From a virus, in the IMG/VR virus record IMGVR_UViG_3300048837_000984, positions 1 through 64,000 of that record: a stretch of DNA of 64,000 nt. One strand, given 5' to 3'. Below the pieces are notes generated by a model. It was given only the letters and a program-made list of their open reading frames with translations. It made no database searches and was not told where the DNA came from. Shown piece after piece: positions 10,323-19,639 of the stretch. A program made the translations under genes and the position numbers. Each line of letters begins with the position of its first letter. Within the stretch, counting starts at the first letter, position 1.

Positions 10323-11375
10323 TTACAGCGGAAACTGGTAGATAATGTGGTGCGGCGGGAGCAACCGTAGCTCTGCCGTCACTACAATGGGAACGCCGCG
10401 AACCTGAGCTTCGGTAGCGATCGCATGGATCTCATACCGATAGTCAGATTTACTGTTTACCCACACATCCTGAGCGTCCAACTGGGGTGCTCCGTTAAAC
10501 CTCGCCATGACGACGACGCTCTTTTCCATTCCTGTCTGGGCGTTCCTCGCCTCGCGAGCCTTCTCGTTCGATATATCTGCATAAGACAACGGGTGCGGTG
10601 AGAAGTAACCGCCGTCCCAGCCAGTCCCGTAGCAGACTGGGCACTTAGAATCCTTTGGAGCATCCGTCATTGCGTCGATACACCGAGAACAGCGTACGCC
10701 GTCCCTCTTTTGCTTCAAGAGATACCCCTCTGGAGACGTAAACCATTTGTGTCTAAGCTTTTCCTTTCTAACAATCTCCTGAGCTATGTGCCAGTCTCGC
10801 CAGTTAAGATCGCCCAGAGTCGTTGCTGGCTGCGAATAGTAAATGTTGCCCTGGGCAGTCGTCAGCCGAACTCTGTAGTGTGCCGTCCGGCTTTTACCGT
10901 ACCATCTCCTGGTTGTGTCCGTGGCCACAAACGTGTCCGTAACCGGACTGCCTACGTCCACCCAGTCGTCACCGTCGGGCAAACCTGTGTATCCTGCCTG
11001 GACCTGGAACACGTACGGGGTATCTTCGATAAAGTGGTTGGCTAGGGTCCAGGTGACGCGAGTACTGCCTATCACCATGAAGTCGACGTGGACACGATCA
11101 AAAGCATTCTGGTAAACGGCATATACCGTCGCGCTCGAAGATTGTGGGGGTGCAATTACCTGCCAGTAAGTCGTTCGAGTCAGCTCCGCGGCCTGTCTGT
11201 CCGACCAGATTATTGTCCGGTCTATGCCAACTTTCGTAAGCGTAGCCAGAACCTGGAAGTAGGCTGTTCGGGTAAACGTGACCGGTGTGCGGACGGAATA
11301 GCGCAAGTTCCGGTTCAGCGAAACAGCTGACCGGACATTCCAGGCAGTCGATCTGTCGATACCGACTTCTGCCAT
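10323..11375 (-). CDS. Neck/head-closure-like protein with Cys4 motif
   Basis: CSRC...CPVCYGTGW.GGY motif and a C-terminal adaptor-like region, between head and tail modules. Confidence 0.45.
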   Translation of the reverse strand: MAEVGIDRSTAWNVRSAVSLNRNLRYSVRTPVTFTRTAYFQVLATLTKVGIDRTIIWSDRQAAELTRTTYWQVIAPPQSSSATVYAVYQNAFDRVHVDFMVIGSTRVTWTLANHFIEDTPYVFQVQAGYTGLPDGDDWVDVGSPVTDTFVATDTTRRWYGKSRTAHYRVRLTTAQGNIYYSQPATTLGDLNWRDWHIAQEIVRKEKLRHKWFTSPEGYLLKQKRDGVRCSRCIDAMTDAPKDSKCPVCYGTGWDGGYFSPHPLSYADISNEKAREARNAQTGMEKSVVVMARFNGAPQLDAQDVWVNSKSDYRYEIHAIATEAQVRGVPIVVTAELRLLPPHHIIYQFPL

Positions 11376-11383
11376 AGCTCACC

Positions 11384-11926
11384 TTAGGCCGCAGTATCGC
11401 CGGAGAACGATATAGTCACCGAATCGTTGTCGACAGCTCCCGTGTTGAGCGGTGTCCGTCGGATCCACAGAGCCTTGCAGTAACCAGCGGCAATGTTCCC
11501 CAACGCCAGCCCGGTTGCCTTGGTGGTTGGTGCGCTGAAAGCTACTCCTGTGGGGGCCGTGTCTTCGTCTGCAACAGACAGAGCCTGAGCAGGAGCACTT
11601 CCTATCGCACTGGCAGCCGTAGTGTCGACACCTATAGCGATGTCAGCCCCACCCGAAGTCGTTGCCGAGATCCACACAACAACGTTTTCCCAGGTCAAGG
11701 TCGCGTGTGCGTTGTAAACGAAGATACACCGATACTCCGCGTTCTCGGCCGCATTCTCGGTACCGGAAACGATGTCGAACAGGTCATGAAGTACACCACC
11801 CGTCCAGGCAGTTTGACTGAAGTACTTACCCAAGCTACTGTTGGCGCTTGGCTGTACGCTCTGGTTGCCAGCTGTACCGGTCTTGATACTCAAATGCGTC
11901 CGCAGGTCGCTGCTTGTGATTGCCAT
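11384..11926 (-). CDS. Virion structural protein, unknown function
   Basis: 180 aa beta-rich ORF with good coupling to its neighbours. Confidence 0.5.
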   Translation of the reverse strand: MAITSSDLRTHLSIKTGTAGNQSVQPSANSSLGKYFSQTAWTGGVLHDLFDIVSGTENAAENAEYRCIFVYNAHATLTWENVVVWISATTSGGADIAIGVDTTAASAIGSAPAQALSVADEDTAPTGVAFSAPTTKATGLALGNIAAGYCKALWIRRTPLNTGAVDNDSVTISFSGDTAA

Positions 11927-11934
11927 TGGTTACC

Positions 11935-12849
11935 TCACCAGACCCAAGAAGCAGTTGAGTAAAGAGACCCGGTTGACTGCACCGCGGCCTCGCAGTTGAG
12001 TTGGACTTTCTTCCACTGCACCCAGTCAGTGTAAGTCTTCCACTTTCTTTCTGCGATAACCTCGTACTCCTGGGCCTTGTTCTTGTCGTCAACAGAGACG
12101 CCACCCGCCGAGTAGGGTAGATGAACCCGGCGATAGTGTGTGGCAGCAATTCTGTACAGACAAGCCACGGTTCCCTCCATCCAGTGGTACCGGAAAGGAA
12201 AGGTGGCAGTGCTGTAGAAGATATCCAGAGGCGGAGCGGATTCGTTCCAGTAACGAATCGGTCGCTCAATGCTAGCAGCTATTTCAGAAAGGTCGAATTC
12301 CTCAACATCCAGCCAGATGTTGTCTTCTGGCCCAGAATCGCGCAACTGAAGCCGAATCTCGGCAATCGACAGAGGTCCGTAGTCGTTAACTTCGTTAGCC
12401 CAGAAGCTACGGTTGACGACGATGTACAGCATGTTAGAGAAGATCAGCTCATCGTCGGCGTTCAGGACGCCAAACTCGCCGATTGAAATGCCAGGCATTT
12501 CGACTGCTTCCGGAGTGAGGGTCGCCTGGACAATGCCCTCAGTTGCGGAAACGACGGACCCGACGATAGTGATTATTTCACTGCCAGCGTTTGGCTGCAG
12601 AGATTCGCGCAAGCGAAGCTCAACGGATCCGGGCGGGATGCAGGTCGAAAGGTTGACCGGGTCTCCGTTCTTGTTCCGCATTACGAACTGAATGGTCGCA
12701 GCCTGGCCAGCTGAGACCTCTACAGATCGCATCTTGGTGGGTACTTCGCGCCCTTCTACGGCGGTGGTAATTGGTGCAACGTTGAGCTGGTCAGAGCAAA
12801 CCTCTGTACCTGGCTCAGGCACGTCAATTGGCGTTCCAGTTACAGGCAT
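11935..12849 (-). CDS. Neck/adaptor protein with N-terminal Ig-like (BppU-like) domain
   Basis: AGQAATIQFVMRNKNGDPVNLS..GIVQATLT resembles the BppU-N pattern; helical adaptor-like C-terminus. Confidence 0.45.
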   Translation of the reverse strand: MPVTGTPIDVPEPGTEVCSDQLNVAPITTAVEGREVPTKMRSVEVSAGQAATIQFVMRNKNGDPVNLSTCIPPGSVELRLRESLQPNAGSEIITIVGSVVSATEGIVQATLTPEAVEMPGISIGEFGVLNADDELIFSNMLYIVVNRSFWANEVNDYGPLSIAEIRLQLRDSGPEDNIWLDVEEFDLSEIAASIERPIRYWNESAPPLDIFYSTATFPFRYHWMEGTVACLYRIAATHYRRVHLPYSAGGVSVDDKNKAQEYEVIAERKWKTYTDWVQWKKVQLNCEAAVQSTGSLYSTASWVW

Positions 12850-12869
12850 CCTTGCCTCCTGGTGACCCG

Positions 12870-15800
12870 TTAGGCCACCGTAATTTCCTGGACGTCGGGG
12901 CCGTAGAAACCGACTTTGTAGAACACAACCGTGTAGCTTTCCGGGTCAAGATAGACCGGTTGTGACCAGCGACCGTTAATGTCCGTAATGGTTCGGCCTT
13001 GCCGGTACTCAGACGTTCGGTTTCCACCATCATAATCGGAAGTAAGGAATATCTCCACTGTCGCGCCAGCGATTGGGTCACCTCCAGAGGTCTTGTAAGC
13101 CAGCTCGTCCGTGCCACCGTAGTCATGATCCACAAGGACGCTCCCGCTGCCAGCTCCCGTAAGGCTATCGACGCTAGTTTGAGTAGCTCGACTACTGACA
13201 GTAGCATTCAGGTTCGTGCCGACTATGTAACCGGCGGTTCCGGCCGCGTACGCCCCTGGAACGGATGTAGCCCAGGGGTCTCCAGCGGAGCCTGCTGCAG
13301 TAAGAGCGGCGCCGGTTGTCCCGGCCGTCGCATGACCCGAAGTGGGCTCGTCCCAGACAGCGTCAGCTATCGCTGCGGTAGTCGGAATGCTCAGGTTGGT
13401 GTTAGCGGTCAGTGTCCGCGTTGCTGCTGCCCACACATCGGCCGCGCTATGCGTGCTAAACCCTGTGGCAGTAGCCCAGTTGCCCTGGTTGGTCTGCAGC
13501 TCGTTGGTATCCGCCACGATAGTAGCAAGCTGGGTGTCCAGATTGGCAGAAGCCAGGCCCACCGCAGAGCGAACCTCAGCTGCTGAGAGATCGTTCAGAG
13601 CGCCTAAGGCAGCAGTCAGTTCTGCATTAGTAGGAATGTCGTCCACACTGGTCTGGGAAGCCCGGGCATCGAGAATGAGGTCAAGACGTCCACCGTTGGC
13701 CCAGTCGATCTGAAGCTCATTGGTATCTGCAACAATGTTGCCTAGCTGAGTGTCCAGATTGGCAGAAGCAAGACCTACCGCACTCCGCACCTCAGCAGCC
13801 GAGAGATCGTTGAGGGTGCCCAGGGCAGCCGTCAGTTCGGCATTGGTGGGAATATCATCGACGCTTGTCTGGGAAGCTCGGGCATCGAGGATAAGATCCA
13901 GGCGACCGCCATTGGCCCAGTCAGTCTGAAGCTCGTTGGTATCCACCAGAATGGTGGACAGGTCGTCAAAGTCAACGGTGGTCGTCGCCGTTACGGGCTG
14001 TTCGGCCACGGCTCGAATGTCCACCTCAGCGCCTGCAATTGCATAGACGCTAGTGGCGTCCGGGTTGACCGTCCAGTTGTGGGCCACCGTGACGATGTCC
14101 GTGGTCATTGCCGAGTCGATAATCAGCCGGGACTGCCCCACACCCGTACCCTCAATGATGGAGATTTGCTCCCCGTTGAGGATGTCGTTGGCTGCGACAG
14201 CTCCCGACTCCAGGGTGATCGTGTTGTTGGTAGCACTTTGAGCCGTGCCAGTCAACATGGCGTTCGCCTCGGACGACTGTCGCAGGAACTTGGCTGCCGA
14301 GTTGTTGACGTTGTGTTGAGCTCCAGTAATCACCTCGTCCCAGACAGCGTCGGCGTTTTCCAGGGCGGTGGGCAGAGCAGCCAGCTGCGTGTCCAGATTG
14401 GCAGAAGCCATTCCCAGGGCAGTACGGGTGCCAGCGGCATCCAAGGGGGCAGTGTAGCCAGCAGATGCCAGTCGGGTGGAGGTGGCCACATCGATGCGAG
14501 CCAGCTCTGTGGTGAGTTCGGTGCGAACCTGGGAAGCCACTGTGGAGGCAGAGGGGATATCCCCGGTGGCTGCAGGAGCTGCTGGGAGGTTGTCCGTCTT
14601 GATCTTGATGGCATCGACCACTCCATCGACCACTCCCACAGCATCCCGGATGGTGTCAAGAATGCCCGTAGAGGGGTCGTCTGGCGTGGTGCCCACAGCA
14701 GGGATGCCCAGGATAGAGCGAATGGCAGTGCGTTCGTCGGCAGTCCAGTCGGCAACGCCTCCACCACCGGAAGGGCCTTGCTCGAGGGCATTGGCCGTGA
14801 AGCGAGAGACGCCAGCATCGCTTTCAATCAGTTCATTGAGGAGAGCGTCGGCTGCTCCTGGCTTGGTGGCAGGGTCATAGGTGGTGGCCAGGAGGTGGTC
14901 GAGGTGGTTGGCCTCGATGGCGTCCTGGACCTCACTCTGGACCTCCGCGTCCCAGGAAGCGTTCCAGGGGATGGCGGTCAAGCCTGCTCCTGCTGCTCCA
15001 ATTTCTGCAGTGTCGGCAAGGATCCCTGCCAGCTGGGTATCCAAATTGGCACTGGCCAGACCGACAGCGGTTCGTACCCCGGCTGCATCGAGGGTGCTAA
15101 ACCCCGTAGCTGTGGTCCAGGCTGCGTCTCCGCGATCCCTGATTGCTTCCAGGGTGTCGGTGACGGAAGACCAGGTTGCCCCCTTGATTTCTGTAAATGC
15201 AGCGTCTAGCTCTGCCTTGGTGGGAGCGTCGTAGTCAGCCAGGGCAGCATCACAAGCTGCGTTAACATCGGCACTGGAGAGATTGTTAAGGGCCGAGATA
15301 CTGGCAGCAGTGGCCAGGCCAGATTGGATTTCAGTAACAGCATCGGTGGCCAGGGCAGAGGCGGTCAGGGTGTTGGCAGCCATGGCACCCACAGAGGCGT
15401 CGATGCGGCCTGAGACCAGGGCGGCAGGTAGTCGGCTCTGGATGTCCTCGGTGTCGGCCTGGATACCATCCAGTTCAGCCTGGAGAGTGGTGCCAGTATC
15501 TACCAGGATGTCAGACAGGATCTTACCTGCCTGAGATCCGGTGTAGGAGCCAGGGAGAGTGGTGGTCCAGGGGTCGCCTGCAGCACCGGCAGCATTGAGA
15601 GCTTCGCCTGTGGAGCCTGCGGCCAGATGGCCAGCAAGGGCTTCATCCCAGACGGCGTCGGCATTTTCCGAGGCAGTAGGCAGGGCAGCAAGTTGGGTGT
15701 CCAAGTTAGCCGAGGCAAGACCAACGGCACTCCGGACACCAGCAGCATCCAGGGTGCTAAAGCCAGTGGCAGTCGTCCAGGCAGCATCACCTCGATCACG

Positions 15801-16655
15801 CAAGGCCTCGAGGGTATCAGTCACACTGCTCCAGGTGGCACCCTTGATCTCAGTAAAGGCAGTGGTGAGTTCAGTATGAGTCGGGGGATCATAGGCTGCC
15901 AAGGCATCGGCACATTCCGACTGGACTTCAGCATCCCAGGCAATGTTCCAGGGGATGGCAGTCAGACCAGCACCAGCAGCACCGATCTCAGCGGTGTCAG
16001 CCAGGATGGCAGCAAGCTGGGTGGAGTTGCTGTCGATTTCAGCCCGGATGGCAGCAGCCGTGGGAGGGGTGCCAGTATAGGGAGCATAGTTGGGCTGGCT
16101 GGTGGCCAAAGTGACACCATCCGAACCTGTTAGAATGTCGAGATCAGCCTGGGCTGTAGCCAGGGCAGTAGCAGTTGCTGCACTGGCGTGCAGGTTGGTC
16201 ACGTTGGTGACGGTCGGGATGACGTTGTTGGTGCCCGCGTAGCCGGTGCCGTCGAAAAACGCTTCGGCGTTGTCGGCAGCAGCAGAGTCCCCACTGATCT
16301 GGGCGACGTTCACTGGGGCATTGGCGACATAGCCCAAAGCACCTGAGGCAAATAATGCATCATAGACTGCTTCTTCAACTACGGTGATTTCTTTGACCGG
16401 GCAGGCGTTCGTTGTGTCGTCGATAACAATCTCAACTTGCCCCACCGTGGCCAGGTCCGTTGCAGTCAGGGCAAGAGAGTAGTGTCCTGTGTTCCTGTGC
16501 GTAAGGGTTGCAGACCCATTCAGGGCGGCAGGGGCACCTCCGTTGACGGAGATCTTGAAGTCCCCCACAACCCCATCTGTAACGGCTACACCATCCGCAT
16601 CAAGGACTGGTCCAACCATAACGGTTCGAGCCGTGGATTGCCTGGCAATAATCAT
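12870..16655 (-). CDS. Long repeat-rich virion appendage/fibre protein
   Basis: 1261 aa, Ala/Thr/Asp-rich. Repeated AVGLASANLDTQL blocks; C-terminal Ig/carboxypeptidase-regulatory-like segment (TDINGRWSQPVYLDPESYTVVFYK). Confidence 0.6.
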   Translation of the reverse strand: MIIARQSTARTVMVGPVLDADGVAVTDGVVGDFKISVNGGAPAALNGSATLTHRNTGHYSLALTATDLATVGQVEIVIDDTTNACPVKEITVVEEAVYDALFASGALGYVANAPVNVAQISGDSAAADNAEAFFDGTGYAGTNNVIPTVTNVTNLHASAATATALATAQADLDILTGSDGVTLATSQPNYAPYTGTPPTAAAIRAEIDSNSTQLAAILADTAEIGAAGAGLTAIPWNIAWDAEVQSECADALAAYDPPTHTELTTAFTEIKGATWSSVTDTLEALRDRGDAAWTTATGFSTLDAAGVRSAVGLASANLDTQLAALPTASENADAVWDEALAGHLAAGSTGEALNAAGAAGDPWTTTLPGSYTGSQAGKILSDILVDTGTTLQAELDGIQADTEDIQSRLPAALVSGRIDASVGAMAANTLTASALATDAVTEIQSGLATAASISALNNLSSADVNAACDAALADYDAPTKAELDAAFTEIKGATWSSVTDTLEAIRDRGDAAWTTATGFSTLDAAGVRTAVGLASANLDTQLAGILADTAEIGAAGAGLTAIPWNASWDAEVQSEVQDAIEANHLDHLLATTYDPATKPGAADALLNELIESDAGVSRFTANALEQGPSGGGGVADWTADERTAIRSILGIPAVGTTPDDPSTGILDTIRDAVGVVDGVVDAIKIKTDNLPAAPAATGDIPSASTVASQVRTELTTELARIDVATSTRLASAGYTAPLDAAGTRTALGMASANLDTQLAALPTALENADAVWDEVITGAQHNVNNSAAKFLRQSSEANAMLTGTAQSATNNTITLESGAVAANDILNGEQISIIEGTGVGQSRLIIDSAMTTDIVTVAHNWTVNPDATSVYAIAGAEVDIRAVAEQPVTATTTVDFDDLSTILVDTNELQTDWANGGRLDLILDARASQTSVDDIPTNAELTAALGTLNDLSAAEVRSAVGLASANLDTQLGNIVADTNELQIDWANGGRLDLILDARASQTSVDDIPTNAELTAALGALNDLSAAEVRSAVGLASANLDTQLATIVADTNELQTNQGNWATATGFSTHSAADVWAAATRTLTANTNLSIPTTAAIADAVWDEPTSGHATAGTTGAALTAAGSAGDPWATSVPGAYAAGTAGYIVGTNLNATVSSRATQTSVDSLTGAGSGSVLVDHDYGGTDELAYKTSGGDPIAGATVEIFLTSDYDGGNRTSEYRQGRTITDINGRWSQPVYLDPESYTVVFYKVGFYGPDVQEITVA
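13512..13943 (-). repeat. Two tandem 216-bp (72-aa) coding repeats
   Basis: DTNELQ.DWANGGRLDLILDARASQTSVDDIPTNAELTAALG.LNDLSAAEVRSAVGLASANLDTQL twice, with a third DTNELQ start 216 bp further on. Confidence 0.85.
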
Positions 16656-17812
16656 TAGCGGCTCCCGCAGAGAATGAGGCGACGGCGACGGTTTCCAGTT
16701 GGAGGCAACGGTCCAGAGGTGGCAGGTTGGATGAACTCCTCCGAGGGCATCCAGTGCAGATACCAGGGCAGGTAGACCCTGGGCGGGGGAACCACGTCGG
16801 ACTCTTCCGAGCCGAAGGTGAGTTCGTTCCCCGCCGACTTGAGGTTGTGATAGGTGAACTTCAGCCAGGCTGCCGACCTGGCGACGTTGCTTACCCGCAC
16901 CTCGTCGATGTCCGCAGCAACATGGGCACCAAATGTTCCAAAACGACCGATGTTGAATTCAGTGGTGGAGGAGATGTTGCCGGATCGTGAAACCGTCGAT
17001 CCCGCTTGCGCCCCGTCGAAGTAGAGTTTGTAGTCTCCGCCGCCGTAGGTCTGGGCTACCTGATGCCAGGCGGAATCGGCGTAGGTAAGGGATGTCCGGT
17101 TGATTCCCGCCGAGGTCGTCGTATTCATCCACCCTTCAATGGCTGCCGTCCCATTGAGGTGGATGTCAAAACCGTTGCTTCCCGCTGACGATAGCGGGTT
17201 GCTTGCCAGGTACTTGCCCGTCTGGTTAGTGCTGGTCTTGAAGAACAGTTCCAGCGTGGCGGCAGACGACCCGTTTAGGGTGGGAGCAGAGCCGACCATG
17301 TGGTCATTGGTGCCGTCAAAGGTCTGACCGTAGGACGACAGCCCCGTGGACCGGGAAGGGAATGCCCCCGAGCCGCCCGTCAGGTGCCGGGCGTTGCTGG
17401 TGCTGTCCTTGTACTCCCCCGAGGTGCCGTTGCCGGATTCCTCCAGGTGGTAGACCGCCAGGAAACTGCTGTCCCACACGTTCGTTGGGTCTGCCCCGTC
17501 CGAAGCCCCGCTGTCCCCGTAGTAGAGGTAGATGGTCGTGTCGGAAGAGCCAGCAACGGTCGGCACCTTGACCCAGAAGGTTCCCGTGGCTGCCCCGCCC
17601 GACACCGAAAAGGATTGCCGCTCATACTTGAGCAGGGTGGTCCCATCGGAGGACGTGAAGCGGATGTCGTGCCCGTTCGCCAGGCACTCGCCGCCGATGT
17701 CAGAGTCGGAACTGATGGAGACGAAGAGGGGGAAGTCCGTGAGGTCGCTGTCCACCTGTGCGTGCGAGATGGTGATTTGCTTGCGCAGGGTGTAGCCGGA
17801 GAGGAACGGCAT
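16655..17812 (-). CDS. DUF2341-like plus LamG/concanavalin-A-like lectin protein
   Basis: DLTDFPLFV..DIRFT.SDG.TLL.YE...WVKVP..IYLYYG (DUF2341-like) followed by WHQVAQTY..LYFDG..IG..DIDEVRVSN (LamG). Confidence 0.75.
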   Translation of the reverse strand: MPFLSGYTLRKQITISHAQVDSDLTDFPLFVSISSDSDIGGECLANGHDIRFTSSDGTTLLKYERQSFSVSGGAATGTFWVKVPTVAGSSDTTIYLYYGDSGASDGADPTNVWDSSFLAVYHLEESGNGTSGEYKDSTSNARHLTGGSGAFPSRSTGLSSYGQTFDGTNDHMVGSAPTLNGSSAATLELFFKTSTNQTGKYLASNPLSSAGSNGFDIHLNGTAAIEGWMNTTTSAGINRTSLTYADSAWHQVAQTYGGGDYKLYFDGAQAGSTVSRSGNISSTTEFNIGRFGTFGAHVAADIDEVRVSNVARSAAWLKFTYHNLKSAGNELTFGSEESDVVPPPRVYLPWYLHWMPSEEFIQPATSGPLPPTGNRRRRLILCGSR

Positions 17813-18504
17813 TACGAGCTATCCCTACCGATGAGCCTGGAGAAAGTCCGCGTCCCCGCATCGATGGTGGCACTGGCGATTGCCAGGACCGCCTCGCCCA
17901 CGGTCACCCGGTCGGTGCTGGTCAGGTCGAGCCGGTAGCTCCCCGTGGAGCCGATCTGCGTCATGGTCGTGGCTGCCTTCAGGTCTGTCCCGTCCGCACG
18001 CTTGACCAGTTGCAAGGTGGGGCTGGTAATGCCCGTAGTCTGCCGCACGCCGTTCTTGAACCACGTCACAGACCACTCGTCCTGGGTGTTTGCCTGGTCG
18101 CGGGTGAACTGGATGTCGGCGTGGTAGTAGTCCGAGTTGAGCGCCACCAGTGCCCCCGAGACGTAGCCCACGGCACTGGCCGCATAAAAGGCGTCGTAGA
18201 CCGCCTCCTCCAGCACCCAGCAATCCAGCCACACGGGCAGCGCCCCGGCGACGTGGACGGACACCCGCAACGCCCCCACGGTGTTGGTGTCGGTGGCGTC
18301 AAGGACGGCGTAGTACCGCCCGCTGGCGATGTGGGTGGCACCGCCCGAGTTCTTGTTGGACTCGCTGGTGCCGCCCGCCTTCAGGAGCTTGATGTCCGTG
18401 TTGGCGATGGTCAGCCCCGTCTCGGCGGTGTTTCCGTCAGTGCTGTCCACGAAGGGGCCGAGGGGGATTTCCTGGCTGGCGGTGGACTGTCGCAGGAAGA
18501 ACAT
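17812..18504 (-). CDS. Virion appendage protein, paralogous to the N-terminus of 12870-16655
   Basis: Shared RQSTA..GP..D..DG...EEAVYDA..A..A.GYV motif. Confidence 0.6.
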   Translation of the reverse strand: MFFLRQSTASQEIPLGPFVDSTDGNTAETGLTIANTDIKLLKAGGTSESNKNSGGATHIASGRYYAVLDATDTNTVGALRVSVHVAGALPVWLDCWVLEEAVYDAFYAASAVGYVSGALVALNSDYYHADIQFTRDQANTQDEWSVTWFKNGVRQTTGITSPTLQLVKRADGTDLKAATTMTQIGSTGSYRLDLTSTDRVTVGEAVLAIASATIDAGTRTFSRLIGRDSS

Positions 18505-19083
18505 TTACGACCCCCTCATCCGGTACTGGTGCATGCTCCGGGGTGCCTGCCCGCCACTCGCCTCGGTGTAGTAAACCGTGATGCGGCAGGCGTCAATCGC
18601 CGTCTTGACGGAGTTGTTCGCGTTGTTTTCGGTGACGGCGATGGCGGAGCCGAACGACGAGCTGTTCACGTCGGTCGGGGTGAGGGTGTTGCCCCAGAGG
18701 TCGGACGCCCCGCCGAAGGACTTCCACTCGTCGCTGGTCGTCGTCCAGGACCCCGTGCCCTTGTTGTCCCCCGAGCGACTTCCGCCCTTGATGAGCAGAA
18801 CGTGGGAGATGGTGTTGGCCTCGAACGTGTCCAGCGACTTTCCTTCCCACTCCACCACGATGCCGTCGATGGTCGCCCCGGACGGGATGGAAAAACCGAA
18901 GTTGGTGGCGTGCAGCCACCGCGAGGAGAACCCAGGGATGCCCACAGCCGTCGCGTCCGCCTCCGCGTAGGTGTTGTTCGAGGTGGTGGCGTTGCCGGGG
19001 TTGGACCAGTCGGCGTAAGCCGTTGGTCCGGGGCCGCCGGTGGCCATCGCCGCCGACCCGGCGTAGTTGGTGACGCTCGCCAT
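18505..19083 (-). CDS. Beta-rich virion appendage protein
   Basis: TNFGFSIPSGATIDGIVVE..WGNTLTPTDVNSS.FG jelly-roll-like pattern; coupled in operon. Confidence 0.5.
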   Translation of the reverse strand: MASVTNYAGSAAMATGGPGPTAYADWSNPGNATTSNNTYAEADATAVGIPGFSSRWLHATNFGFSIPSGATIDGIVVEWEGKSLDTFEANTISHVLLIKGGSRSGDNKGTGSWTTTSDEWKSFGGASDLWGNTLTPTDVNSSSFGSAIAVTENNANNSVKTAIDACRITVYYTEASGGQAPRSMHQYRMRGS

Positions 19084-19091
19084 GCCTCACC

Positions 19092-19391
19092 TCACGGAGT
19101 TACTTCCTGGACGATGTAATGGCTGTTGATGGCAGCCTCCACGGCACCCGTCAGCACGTTGTCCGCGATGGACGAGCCGTCGTCGATGAAGTCGGGCTGG
19201 TTCAGGATGTGCCAACTCACCGACTCGCCCACGGCACCGGGGTTGCGGATAGCCTCGCGAGCCCACCCCTTCTGTCCCTCGGTCGCCTGGGCGTTGCCCA
19301 GGATGTAAAGGGCGTAGTTGGTCACGGCACCCGTGCAGCGGTCCACGATGACCTTCCGCACGGCGATACGGTCTGCGAGATTGAGAGCCAC
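19092..19391 (-). CDS. Hypothetical protein
   Basis: 99 aa, GTG start with GGAGG SD. Confidence 0.6.
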   Translation of the reverse strand: MALNLADRIAVRKVIVDRCTGAVTNYALYILGNAQATEGQKGWAREAIRNPGAVGESVSWHILNQPDFIDDGSSIADNVLTGAVEAAINSHYIVQEVTP

Positions 19392-19463
19392 GAGCCACCT
19401 CCATGTGCTCAGAATTGAATCCTTTGAGTTATAGTTTACCTGCCAGTAATTGCAGCTGCCACT

Positions 19464-19496
19464 GATAGCTAAAAAAAGAGATCCAGATCGGATCTC
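19464..19496 (-). terminator. Intrinsic terminator followed by AGCTATC
   Basis: GAGATCC-N5-GGATCTC stem, T7 tract, then AGCTATC. Confidence 0.75.
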
Positions 19497-19616
19497 CCCT
19501 TGACCCTGAAGGGTCAGGAAAACAAGATGGCCGCGATGCCAAAGGCAATCGCGGCCAGAAAACTGACGTAGCCAAGTAGTTCGGCTACGTCTCGCCTCTC
19601 TTCTGTGAAGAGAGGC
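19478..19616. other. Cluster of five consecutive stem-loops (possible ncRNA or structured leader)
   Basis: Stems at 19478-19496, 19501-19516, 19528-19557, 19566-19590 and 19594-19616. Confidence 0.55.
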
Positions 19617-19639
19617 TTCCTAAAGTTGAACATTTTTTT

